Source of the DNA: Escherichia coli O157:H7
GTDB taxonomy: Bacteria > Pseudomonadota > Gammaproteobacteria > Enterobacterales > Enterobacteriaceae
Strand: one strand, 5' to 3'
Length of the DNA: 64,000 nt
Assembly: GCF_013167455.1 (NCBI RefSeq)
Contig: NZ_CP038328.1
Shown: positions 23,852 through 33,710 of the stretch, piece after piece
How the letters are laid out: each line of letters starts with the position of its first letter
Numbering within the stretch: the stretch's first letter is position 1
Program-made: the position numbers and the translations under genes
The notes under the pieces: model-generated
Told to the model about the DNA's origin: nothing
The model's database searches: none
The model's input: only the letters and a program-made list of their open reading frames with translations

Positions 23852-24418
23852 TTAAACAGGATAAAAACCAGAGCTTCCATTCTTATTTAAGTTATGGATT
23901 TTATTTGCATCATTAATTTTTATTTGGAACGTCGGACCTTTATTCTCAAGAATTACAATCTGGAAATTATAGTCCCTTTTGATTAATGCGTGATAAAATG
24001 AATCACTGAGACTGACGCTATTAACATCCGATAGAGAACCCCCTCTATCTTTATCAAAGTGCGTCACTAATGGACTATCAAGCACAACAAATCCAATGAA
24101 TGGATTCCCTTTTCTTGATAAAAATTCCGCAAAGCAAATGGTAAATATAGCATGCATTACTGCACGGGTACCTTTACCAAACATTCCTCGGCGTTTCCCA
24201 TTGATATTAAAGTCATATGTATCTTCGTCAAATCGCACTTTGTTATCTTTAGAATTTTCAAAATTTATATCATTCAAAAAGTCTTGCATCGCTATTTCTA
24301 TATCATACAAATCAGCTACTGTTAAGGAGTCAAAGTCCTCGGCGGAGTATTTAAGTTCGTCAACATCATCTTCTTTATCTTGTAATGAAGATAGAATGCT
24401 ATGTTTTGTGTGATCCAT
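23852..24418 (-). CDS. Cargo ORF F: C-terminal ABC/SMC-like ATPase half (signature-like motif + Walker B-like)
   Basis: GKGTRAVMHAIFTICFAEFL followed by FIGFVVLDSPLVTHFD resembles ABC signature/Walker B/D-loop; start overlaps stop of ORF E (TAATG). Confidence 0.5.
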   Translation of the reverse strand: MDHTKHSILSSLQDKEDDVDELKYSAEDFDSLTVADLYDIEIAMQDFLNDINFENSKDNKVRFDEDTYDFNINGKRRGMFGKGTRAVMHAIFTICFAEFLSRKGNPFIGFVVLDSPLVTHFDKDRGGSLSDVNSVSLSDSFYHALIKRDYNFQIVILENKGPTFQIKINDANKIHNLNKNGSSGFYPV

Positions 24419-25008
24419 TAAAAGATTGTCTTTATATTCATAAAGTGATTCAAGAGATGAATGTATTGTTTTATATTTTTATCTTCTAACGTCTTAAAAT
24501 CACTTTTTTCTGATTGATAAATTTCATTAACATCATTTTTTCTTAACATAATTAATTCATGTTCGCGAACATTAGATCCGATTGATTCAATTAATCCTTT
24601 CAGCTGGCTTTTGATTTTCAATTTTTCTGCATTACACGACAAAAAACAATCATCATATGATATTTCATTTTCTTTTTTTTGCGGTGTATTACAGAACTCA
24701 CAATAAATATCTGCAAAATTATTTAAATAGAAATTCGCCTGTGATACAACATCTATTCTTTGTAGATCTATAAAGTATTGGTCTTTAAGAAGACTAAATC
24801 TTTCAATGAGTAATGATAAGTATTTTTCCCTGTCACTGATTGAATATAATTCATCACTTAACTCTTTTAATAATTGCTTCTTATCATCAAGTGCATCAAC
24901 AATACCTTTCAATATATCTTTCGATGATTCAATATCTTGCTCTACTTTCTCAAGTTCTCTTGAAACAATGACTTGATCATATTCAGGATAAATTAATTGC
25001 GCTTTCAA
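24418..25008 (-). CDS. Cargo ORF E: coiled-coil segment, likely middle part of the same ATPase
   Basis: 196 aa, K/E/L/D-rich helical composition; only TTG start; same frame as ORF D, separated by one TAA. Confidence 0.45.
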   Translation of the reverse strand: MKAQLIYPEYDQVIVSRELEKVEQDIESSKDILKGIVDALDDKKQLLKELSDELYSISDREKYLSLLIERFSLLKDQYFIDLQRIDVVSQANFYLNNFADIYCEFCNTPQKKENEISYDDCFLSCNAEKLKIKSQLKGLIESIGSNVREHELIMLRKNDVNEIYQSEKSDFKTLEDKNIKQYIHLLNHFMNIKTIF

Positions 25009-25038
25009 TTCCTCATAAATATTTGCAATTTGATTTTT

Positions 25039-25698
25039 TTAAAAATATCTTGCTTTTTTATTTGGTTTTTCTGCTAAGGAGTTAGTATCATCTCTCTGAG
25101 TTAAAAGGAATTTAAATTCAGACTTTCTTTTTGTCTCCTCGCTAGGAATATCAGAAAGAATTAACGACTTCTCAGTTAACACTCTTAATTCATCAATACA
25201 AAAAAATTCAAAAACATTATTAAGATTAAATTTATGAAGAGTATTACTTAAGTTTGTTCTTACTTTAGCCTCTTTGAAATTCAACCTACCATAAAAGTAT
25301 GATGAAAAACTCTTTTTAGACGAAGCACTTTTGGAAAAAACCATCAACAGATTAGCTTCACTAACATTTTCAATGCTCGAATCATATAATCTGTAATGGG
25401 CGCTATCCTGAAGAGACCTCTCAATTGTCATTACCCTACCTTGAAAATTAAATTCCAGATAGGCTAAATCATAACCTTGAGCATGATCGATATCTTTATT
25501 TTTTAGTTTTTCACTCCCTAATAAATATCGAATCAAATAATATATGTATGTTTTTCCAGAGTCAGAACCACCATATAAAATAGTCAATTTAGAACCAAAT
25601 TCAATTATAGCATCTAATTTATTGAATCCGGTTACCTTTATTTTTCTGAACGTAAAAAAATTGTCATTCATAATTAAATTCCATATCATATTTGCCAA
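25039..25698 (-). CDS. Cargo ORF D: N-terminal ABC/SMC-like ATPase head (Walker A)
   Basis: FRKIKVTGFNKLDAIIEFGSKLTILYGGSDSGKTYIYYL: SMC/AAA_15-like N-terminal strand plus Walker A GxxxxGKT. Confidence 0.55.
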   Translation of the reverse strand: MANMIWNLIMNDNFFTFRKIKVTGFNKLDAIIEFGSKLTILYGGSDSGKTYIYYLIRYLLGSEKLKNKDIDHAQGYDLAYLEFNFQGRVMTIERSLQDSAHYRLYDSSIENVSEANLLMVFSKSASSKKSFSSYFYGRLNFKEAKVRTNLSNTLHKFNLNNVFEFFCIDELRVLTEKSLILSDIPSEETKRKSEFKFLLTQRDDTNSLAEKPNKKARYF

Positions 25699-26137
25699 TT
25701 TTATTTTTTATAATTGATTGCAACTGCTCATCAGGAATATCACTATATAACTTAACCACCAAATTTATATTATGCTCCATCTGCGCAACATATTCATTAT
25801 GTAGAGAATTTGTAAATGCATATGTTTTTTCAGAAGCTTTATATACAAAACCACGATGTGTATAAATTTTTGAGGCTAGTTCATAGCCTTGCAACAAAGC
25901 CAATGATTCTAAAACAATCTCTCGTTTTAGGGCTAACTGAGCATCTCTACGGGGTATTGGAGGATGAAGACTAATCTCTTCAGGTAAAAAATCCTTAAGA
26001 TTTACTAAAATAAAATCAAAACAAATAAGCCGTTCAAGGCTTAATGAAGAAGGATAAATAGCGACGAGCACTTTCGCCATTCGACATGCCACTTCTAAAC
26101 TTGAATTATAAATTCTAACCATTATCTCACCGTCCAA
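25664..26137 (-). CDS. Cargo ORF C: hypothetical protein
   Basis: 157-aa ORF, AT-rich, overlaps neighbours by 16 and 35 nt; no recognisable motif. Confidence 0.4.
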   Translation of the reverse strand: MDGEIMVRIYNSSLEVACRMAKVLVAIYPSSLSLERLICFDFILVNLKDFLPEEISLHPPIPRRDAQLALKREIVLESLALLQGYELASKIYTHRGFVYKASEKTYAFTNSLHNEYVAQMEHNINLVVKLYSDIPDEQLQSIIKNKIGKYDMEFNYE

Positions 26138-26739
26138 ATTACTTCACCATCATTAACCAAATGATGGCATATTCCTTTTTTATCATTTGCTTCACATATT
26201 TTTGATAGTACTGAATGTGCAATTGGTGTCAGAACAGCCTGCTTCAAGACTGCATTACACCTAATAAATGCATAATTATGGTCTTCATAAAAGACGGGTT
26301 CAATTGAAGATGAAATGTAACATTTCAATGCTTTGAATACATCATCTTTAAATACTTCGCGGACAAAAACCTCAAGCGAAGATGCAAAATAAAAATCATT
26401 TCTACTATTATTAAAGTGTCGTCTGTATGGATCATCAAGCTCTAAGAAAGAACTATAAGTTTTATTTCCATGCTCTGAATAGGCTTGAAGCAGTGCATTA
26501 ACATATACAGACTCTTTTTTTGAATTGTATGTTGGAATTTCATTTGGAGGGATTCTCACGACATACAGCTCGTTAAAGTACTTAAAATAAAGGTGTGTAT
26601 TTGCAATATCATTTAAAATCAATGATAAGGGTAGAGAGTAAAAAATACTAAAATCAAAATCCTCAATATATTTTTTTATTTCATCATCTAATGGAATATC
26701 AATCTTTTTAGTTATTTTTTTGAAATTGCTGAATCCCAT
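26122..26739 (-). CDS. Cargo ORF B: hypothetical protein (possibly C-terminal part of a frameshifted gene with ORF A)
   Basis: 205-aa ORF overlapping ORF A by 28 nt across an A7 homopolymer. Confidence 0.4.
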   Translation of the reverse strand: MGFSNFKKITKKIDIPLDDEIKKYIEDFDFSIFYSLPLSLILNDIANTHLYFKYFNELYVVRIPPNEIPTYNSKKESVYVNALLQAYSEHGNKTYSSFLELDDPYRRHFNNSRNDFYFASSLEVFVREVFKDDVFKALKCYISSSIEPVFYEDHNYAFIRCNAVLKQAVLTPIAHSVLSKICEANDKKGICHHLVNDGEVIWTVR

Positions 26740-27017
26740 GAATCAAGGACTGCTTTTTTAAGCTCGTTTTTATTTTTCAATAAATTAGAAAATGTAGTAG
26801 ATAAATCATAGGGTGCCACAAAAAAGTACTTCTGAGGGATGGGATAATCACCATTCAGAGTAAAATAGATAAGTTTTCCAAACTCAACTACAACATCAGA
26901 GAACCCTAAACTTTTTTTGTACAGTTTGCATTGATAATTATCCCAAGAATAACCTTCTACGTTAGGATCCGATTTATATCCAACAACGTCTCTACCTTTA
27001 TCTCCAGCTCCTCCCAA
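26712..27017 (-). CDS. Cargo ORF A: Mrr-cat-like PD-(D/E)xK nuclease motif protein (no ATG start; possibly disrupted)
   Basis: GGAGDKGRDVVGY ... YQCKLYKK resembles the Mrr catalytic motifs (GDGGIDG ... QxK); frame stays open upstream to ATG GGA TGA TGA at 27087-27098. Confidence 0.4.
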   Translation of the reverse strand: MGGAGDKGRDVVGYKSDPNVEGYSWDNYQCKLYKKSLGFSDVVVEFGKLIYFTLNGDYPIPQKYFFVAPYDLSTTFSNLLKNKNELKKAVLDSWDSAISKK

Positions 27018-27130
27018 ACGTTCGCTCCACGGGTAATCATCTGATTTACAGACAATAAGCCAATCATGGACAAATACCTCCCATGTTCATCATCCCATGT
27101 CAATATTTCCGAAAGTGGTTGAGACACAAA

Positions 27131-28312
27131 TTAACTCCTTTTTAGTCTTTCAAATATCAAATTACTGTACCAGTCCATCATAGACTTCCTTCCACTAAAA
27201 TATTGAGCATGGTTATAAGTCCCCCTAATAGAATTTTTATCTACATGAGCCAACTGGATTTCAATCCAAGCACTCTCAAAACCTTGCTCATGCAGGATTG
27301 TAGAAAGGGTATGACGAAAACCATGTCCAGTGACTTTTCCTCCATACCCAATACGCTTAATGGCTTGATTTATACTCGCTTCGCTCATTGGCCTATTCGG
27401 ATCGTTCCGCCCTGGAAAAACATAACGATAGTTCCCTGTCATGATCTTGAGTTCATTGAGTAAATCTACCGCTTGAGATGATAAGGGCACAAGATGTGGC
27501 CTACGCATTTTCATCCTTTCAGCAGGAATTTCCCAAATAGCGTTATCCAGATCAAATTCTTGCCATAATGCCGCGCGTAATTCGATGGTTCTCACACCCG
27601 TAATCATCAGTAATTTCGTGGCTATCTGGACAAGCTTACTCCCGGAGTAACCCTCTAAGGCACGTAGAAAATCAGGTATCTCATCAGCTTTTAGGAATGG
27701 GAAATGATTGGATTGGTGTACTTCGAGAGCGCTGGAGAGATCAGCCGCAGGATTGTACTCCGCCCTACCCGTTGCAATTGCGTAGCGAAACACTTCGGAG
27801 CAACGCTGCCGCACTTTGCGCATTTTCTCCAACGCACCACGTTTCTCAATTTTACGCAGAACGTTCAGCAGCTCTAGCGGTTTAATCTCTCCCACAGGCC
27901 TTGTTCCGACATAAGGAAAAATGTCGTTCTTAAACGCTTCCATGATGTCTGATGCATATCCCGCCGACCATTTAGCAGATTTAAGTTGATGCCACTCTCT
28001 GGCTATCTTTTCGAAGGCGTTCTCTGACTCTGTTTGCATAGCTAGCTTTTGCTCTTTTCGAACCTCACTAGGGTTCTTTCCTTCTGCCACAAGTTTTCGA
28101 GCTTCATCACGACGGGAACGAGCATCGGCAAGGGTGATCGTTGGGTAAACACCAAGCGAGATCATTTTGGGTTTGCCGGCATAGCGATAGCGGAACCGCC
28201 AACTCTTGCTTCCATTAGGTTCTATAAGTAATGACAACCCTAGCCCATCTCCAAATGTATAGGCTTTAGCTTCAGGCTTAGCGCGGCGAATCTGCATATC
28301 GTTTAAAGGCAT
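27131..28312 (-). CDS. int: P4-type tyrosine integrase
   Basis: N-terminal P4-integrase-like region (AKAYTFGDGLGLSLLIEPNGSKSWRFRYRYAGK); C-terminal catalytic region with RxxHGFRHT..Y residues; adjacent to tRNA-derived att. Confidence 0.85.
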   Translation of the reverse strand: MPLNDMQIRRAKPEAKAYTFGDGLGLSLLIEPNGSKSWRFRYRYAGKPKMISLGVYPTITLADARSRRDEARKLVAEGKNPSEVRKEQKLAMQTESENAFEKIAREWHQLKSAKWSAGYASDIMEAFKNDIFPYVGTRPVGEIKPLELLNVLRKIEKRGALEKMRKVRQRCSEVFRYAIATGRAEYNPAADLSSALEVHQSNHFPFLKADEIPDFLRALEGYSGSKLVQIATKLLMITGVRTIELRAALWQEFDLDNAIWEIPAERMKMRRPHLVPLSSQAVDLLNELKIMTGNYRYVFPGRNDPNRPMSEASINQAIKRIGYGGKVTGHGFRHTLSTILHEQGFESAWIEIQLAHVDKNSIRGTYNHAQYFSGRKSMMDWYSNLIFERLKRS

Positions 28313-28474
28313 GTGTATAGGAATCCAGACCGAACAGGAACATATACACAATCCTATACACATTCAGTACCGGATTCTACTGGATGGTTACGGACTACTA
28401 TGGACTTAAAAGAATAAAAAATGTTATAAATCAGAGATTTTATGGACTAATACGGACGTTTGAGGAAGTTGAGA

Positions 28475-28520
28475 TGGTGCCGATAATAGGAGTCGAACCT
28501 ACGACCTTCGCATTACGAAT
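28475..28520 (-). repeat. 46-nt 3' fragment of tRNA-Thr (thrW-like): integrase-proximal att of the P4-like island, not an intact tRNA
   Basis: Reverse complement ATTCGTAATGCGAAGGTCGTAGGTTCGACTCCTATTATCGGCACCA is the anticodon-to-CCA part of tRNA-Thr(CGU) as recalled; 5' half absent. Confidence 0.7.
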
Positions 28521-28559
28521 TATAAGAATCCGCTTCTAATTCAAAGCATTACCCCATCA

Positions 28560-29273
28560 ACACTGCGCTCACACGTCCCACCACATCAAAACATGTAAAG
28601 CCTTGCAAGCCATTGCGAGGCCTTATGTGTCTCAGTTTTGTCCCACCTTGTATTACGACTTGCATAGCCAATGAAGATAAACGTGACGACAAACGGCGCA
28701 GCAGTCTTCTTTTCTTTCACGACTTCTCCAGCATGCATACCTTTCTGCCATGACTGAAGTGAATGCCTGTTATGAGCGAGGATTGGCCCAGATGAATCGC
28801 CCTGGACTGTTGCGATCGTGAAGCCATAGACTGGGCCGCAAGCACGGGAGGTTACGATAAAGCGACAGTGCAGGATGTCATGTTAGGAGCGATAGAAAAA
28901 CGCTTTGGCGATAAAGTACCGGAACAGTCCATCCAGTGGCTGACAGATAACGGTTCAGCGTATAGAGCGCATGAAACACGGCAGTTCGCCAGAGAGTTGA
29001 ATCTGGAGCCCTGCACAACGGCAATCAGCAGTCCTCAGAGTAATGGAATTGCAGAAAGGTTCGTGAAAACGATGAAGGAAGACTATATCGCGTTCATGCC
29101 GAAACCGAATGTAAGAACGGCATTGCATAATCTTGCAGTGGCGATCGAACATTACAATGAAAACCATCCGCACAGTGCGTTGGGTTATCGCTCTCCGCGA
29201 GAATATCGACGTCAGCGGGTAACGTTAACTTAAGATACACCCCCTGTCTGGAAATAAGGGGGCAAGAACAATG
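28560..29273 (+). mobile_element. 5'-truncated IS2-like (IS3 family) element with terminal inverted repeat
   Basis: OrfB C-terminus ([21 protein letters not shown]...[14 protein letters not shown]) followed by IS2-like end TGTCTGGAAATAAGGGGGCAA; left part degenerate, starts next to tRNA fragment. Confidence 0.55.
28868..29233 (+). pseudogene. IS3-family transposase OrfB C-terminal fragment
   Basis: 121-aa ORF covering only the end of the DDE integrase core; upstream frames broken. Confidence 0.6.
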
Positions 29274-29274
29274 A

Positions 29275-30027
29275 TCAGATTCCCTGGTGAGTAAGAATTT
29301 TACTTTCTGAACTCCTCTGAGAGTATTGACTTGGAGAAACACCAAAATAACGTCTAAATACATAAGTAAAGTATGAGACACTGGCATAACCACAGACCTT
29401 AGCTACTTTACTAATAGGATAACAACGAGTGCTGAGTAAATATTCAGCCATTTGCATCCTCTCATCAAGTATGATCTTACTGAATGATACCCCCTCTTCT
29501 TTCAATTTCCTCTTTAGTAAACTTTCGCTGAGATATAATCTTGATGATATATCCTTAAGACGCCATGGTGCAGATAAATCCGTATGAATAATCGTTTTAA
29601 CTTTAGCCCCTGTGCTTTTCAAACATCCAAACAGAAATACTCCAAATTGTTTTTCAGAAGAAAATGCAGAGAGACATGTAAAAGCAATAGACTCATCAAA
29701 AATTTCTATGTATTCAGCACAGTGATTAGCCCAACTAATTAATCCTTTAATTAAACTGAAGTCAGCAAAGTTTATTTTTAAATAAGATGGATATTCCCTA
29801 CAATCAGAAATATCCCTTAAGTTATTAGCTTTCAAATAGCGACTAATAAACTCAGCGCCAAAATCCGCCACTATCACTCTTTCAGGATATGTCAGGAAAA
29901 AATCTCTAGAGCTAGAGTCGACAAGTACAGATGAACCTCTCTCCAGAAACACACTCTCTTTTCCGAAATAAACATCAAAGGACTCCAAAATCAATATAAC
30001 TGAACATGTAGTTGCCATATCATCCAC
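29275..30027 (-). CDS. AraC-family transcriptional regulator (AT-rich, horizontally acquired)
   Basis: C-terminal dual HTH region (ISKVAKVCGYASVSYFTYVFRRYFGVSPSQY); 250 aa. Confidence 0.7.
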   Translation of the reverse strand: MDDMATTCSVILILESFDVYFGKESVFLERGSSVLVDSSSRDFFLTYPERVIVADFGAEFISRYLKANNLRDISDCREYPSYLKINFADFSLIKGLISWANHCAEYIEIFDESIAFTCLSAFSSEKQFGVFLFGCLKSTGAKVKTIIHTDLSAPWRLKDISSRLYLSESLLKRKLKEEGVSFSKIILDERMQMAEYLLSTRCYPISKVAKVCGYASVSYFTYVFRRYFGVSPSQYSQRSSESKILTHQGI

Positions 30028-30746
30028 CCAATTTAACTGAAACCAGGATGAAGTATATGTATATAAAGTTCACTTTGCCAAACTTCAGTATAAAAAACCA
30101 CTAAAAATAGGGTGTGATAAAAAATACCGTAACAATAAAGCAAAGGATTATAAATTCCGTTACAGTTACAAATGATACTCAAGAAACAATTCCTTAGGAA
30201 AAACTTATTTACAGCCAATAAGTAAGACACTTATATGATATCAAGTTTTCATAAAACATAACTAGGCTAAATAGCTGCGCCTAATACCGCTACACTTTTG
30301 CCAGCCCATGTTTGCCTCCGGGTATTGACCCCTTCTCTACGCAACTTCAGTTCCCACCACCAACTTTGCGGCAGCTTTGTAGGATCAATGTCTAAAAGAA
30401 TAATGGTGACCGATAAGAAAACGACTGAATAACTGCAGATTTTCGCTCGAAACCTTCCTGTCAGATCCATAGCGAATCAAGTGCTGAATGTCACAGTATC
30501 GAACAGAAAACAGTGACGATCTAACCCTTCAAGAATATTCTACGATTGTTCTGTTTAGGAAAAGCAAGGCGGGAAGTCGGGAGATAAGTCATTGATAAAG
30601 TGGCGGAGAGAGGGGGATTTGCCCCCCCGGTAGAGTTGCCCCTACTCCGGTTTTCGAGACCGGTCCAATCATCAAACGAAACATAAAATTAATTCACATT
30701 ATGAGGAAAAGTATCTTTTTTGTACTATGTAAATTCAAAGACTTAG

Positions 30747-31616
<870 letters not shown>

Positions 31617-31676
31617 GTCTTTAAGTGATAAGCATAAACCGCAGCACGATCTTCTTGCATACGACGTGCTACGGTT

Positions 31677-32231
31677 TCATTTATCTCCGACCGGAAACTT
31701 CTTATACAGTGTCGATATACCAACATCATAGATGATCGCCACCTTTTGGCGAGGAACGCCTGATGCAATTAATCGCCCGGCCTGCGCCCATTGTTCTGGT
31801 GTAAGTTTGGGACGACGTCCACCAATTCGTCCCTGTGCGCGAGCTGCTTCCAGTCCAGCTTTTGTTCGTTCAACAATCAGTTCACGCTCCATTTCAGCCA
31901 GGGCACCCATCACATGAAAGAAAAAGCGCCCCATTGGGGTACTGGTATCAATTGAATCCGTCAGACTACGAAAGTTGATGCCTCGTTCGCGCAACTCCTC
32001 CACCAGCACGACAAGATGCCGCATACTGCGCCCCAGTCGGTCCAGTTTCCAGACCACCAGCGTGTCACCTGCCGATAATGTCCTGAGCAGCTTTTTCAGT
32101 CCTGGTCTGTCGGACTTTGTACCGCTTATCTTGTCTTCAAAAATCAGCTCACATCCTGCACACTCCAGCGCATTACGCTGTAATTCCGTATTCTGGTTAT
32201 TTGTTGATACGCGGACATAGCCAATAAGCAT
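31677..32231 (-). CDS. Serine recombinase DNA invertase (Pin/Gin/Hin family)
   Basis: MLIGYVRVSTNNQNTELQ N-terminus with catalytic serine, resolvase fold, C-terminal HTH; adjacent to inverted-repeat-flanked tail-fibre segment. Confidence 0.85.
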   Translation of the reverse strand: MLIGYVRVSTNNQNTELQRNALECAGCELIFEDKISGTKSDRPGLKKLLRTLSAGDTLVVWKLDRLGRSMRHLVVLVEELRERGINFRSLTDSIDTSTPMGRFFFHVMGALAEMERELIVERTKAGLEAARAQGRIGGRRPKLTPEQWAQAGRLIASGVPRQKVAIIYDVGISTLYKKFPVGDK

Positions 32232-32258
32232 GAGCATTCCCCTGAGTAAAAACCGGGG

Positions 32259-32672
32259 ATGATGCCAGTTAGCCATAATCTCTGCATTTTCTTAAACGTT
32301 GGTTTGGGAGAAGCGGCAAAACGGGATGTGGGGACAGGGGAAAATCAGATACCGGACATGGCCTCTTTTGCCAGTGGTGATGGATGGATGAAATTACCCA
32401 ACGGGAAAATCCTGCAATATGGTCGTGGTGCGGTTACGCCGACATTATCGACGCAAACAATGAGAATTACATTCAGCATCCCTTTCTCCAAAAAAGCGGA
32501 CTGCGCCATGCTTACTCATTCTGGTGATGGCGGTGCGCCTTTAGGCGCTGGGCGAGGGTTCGTGATGACTGCAGAAGGCCCAACGTTAACCGGCTTTAAT
32601 TCTGCTTACAGAACGTCATCAACCAGCGACACGGTATCGATGAATTACAGTTGGTGGGCTGTTGGTGAGTAA
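32259..32672 (+). CDS. Alternative tail-fibre C-terminal variable cassette (silent orientation)
   Basis: ORF begins at the crossover site (…NVGLGEAAK…) and lacks its own N-terminal domain; followed by its own assembly chaperone. Confidence 0.5.
   Translation: MMPVSHNLCIFLNVGLGEAAKRDVGTGENQIPDMASFASGDGWMKLPNGKILQYGRGAVTPTLSTQTMRITFSIPFSKKADCAMLTHSGDGGAPLGAGRGFVMTAEGPTLTGFNSAYRTSSTSDTVSMNYSWWAVGE
32287..32312 (+). repeat. gix/pix-like recombination site (left inverted repeat of the invertible segment)
   Basis: TTTTCTTAAACGTTGGTTTGGGAGAA; its reverse complement matches 34178-34203 over the first 14 nt and about 20 of 26 overall. Confidence 0.6.
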
Positions 32673-32683
32673 TTTTATTCAGG

Positions 32684-33136
32684 GTGATTTATATGAATGA
32701 ATATGTTTATAGCGCAAGGCATAATGCTTTTTTCCCTGTGGATATGATTGATAAATATAAATCAGAGGGATGGGATTTATCAGACGCTAAGGAAGTAAAT
32801 CAAAATATTATCAGTGAGTTTATGGCTGAACCGCCACAAGGAAAAATCCGTATTGCCGGAGATGATGGGCTGCCTGCGTGGGCAGATATTCCTCCACCCA
32901 CGCATGAAGAACTTATTGAAATTACTGAATCAGAAAGACAGCTACTAATTAACCAGGCCAACGAATACATGAACAGTAAACAATGGCCCGGTAAAGCCGC
33001 TATTGGTCGTCTGAAAGGTGAGGAACTGGCGCAATATAATTTGTGGCTGGATTATCTGGATGCACTGGAGCTGGTTGATACCTCCAGTGCGCCAGATATT
33101 GAATGGCCTACGCCTCCGGCAGTTCAGGCCAGATGA
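32684..33136 (+). CDS. Tail fibre assembly protein (alternative cassette)
   Basis: 150 aa; conserved Tfa-like C-terminus (…DYLDALELVDTSSAPDIEWPTPP) shared with the convergent Tfa ORF. Confidence 0.6.
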   Translation: MIYMNEYVYSARHNAFFPVDMIDKYKSEGWDLSDAKEVNQNIISEFMAEPPQGKIRIAGDDGLPAWADIPPPTHEELIEITESERQLLINQANEYMNSKQWPGKAAIGRLKGEELAQYNLWLDYLDALELVDTSSAPDIEWPTPPAVQAR

Positions 33137-33710
33137 CATCCGGCGCGGTGCTGGTATCTGTTGCCGTCACCGCGTCAATGTAATCCAGCACAGCGTTAAG
33201 TCTGGTTGTTTCTGCCTGCGTCGGTTTACGTCCGGCCTGCAATTTCAGTTGAATCAGACTGATGGAAGCCATTGCTGCATCAATCAGTGACTGGCGCTGT
33301 GCTTCTGCCGCTTCTACTGCGGCACCGTGTTGTGCCTCAGTATCTGTCACCCATTTTTCACCATCCCATTTATCGAATGGCGTTAACGGGGCGATAGTGG
33401 TTGTATTTTCAGGATAATCACCCGGAGCTGTGATTTCTTTGGCGTCTCCCGTTTCGGTGTTATAGACGATTTCACCGCGATGGTCTGGCACATATTCCCA
33501 TGAGTTTAAATCCATCGAACGGCAGATAGCATAACCCGCCTTATGTATACCAGGTTCATCCAGACAGGAATATGCAGGGATACCGACACCAATGGCAAGA
33601 TATTCATTTGAAGTAGAAATATATTCCCGAGTTTTACCATCATAGTTATAGACGGTAATATTCCCCGCCTTCGTGGCAATAAGCTCGCTATTTAATACGG
33701 CGTTATCCAT
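33108..33710 (-). CDS. Tail fibre assembly protein (expressed cassette)
   Basis: 200 aa; C-terminus …LDYIDAVTATDTSTAPDVIWPELP, a paralogue of the opposite-strand Tfa. Confidence 0.65.
   Translation of the reverse strand: MDNAVLNSELIATKAGNITVYNYDGKTREYISTSNEYLAIGVGIPAYSCLDEPGIHKAGYAICRSMDLNSWEYVPDHRGEIVYNTETGDAKEITAPGDYPENTTTIAPLTPFDKWDGEKWVTDTEAQHGAAVEAAEAQRQSLIDAAMASISLIQLKLQAGRKPTQAETTRLNAVLDYIDAVTATDTSTAPDVIWPELPEA

Larger units (their letters stand above)
15590..28520 (-). mobile_element. P4-like satellite prophage / integrative island at a thrW-like tRNA-Thr att site
   Basis: Flanking direct repeats of the tRNA 3' end; P4-type integrase, alpha primase, AlpA, Sid/Psu-like and Ogr/Delta genes in P4 prophage order. 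Confidence 0.7.

Noticed and set aside
28475-28520. tRNA gene call
   Set aside because: Only the 3' 46 nt of tRNA-Thr is present (5' arm, D-loop and anticodon stem 5' side missing); an att repeat, not a functional tRNA
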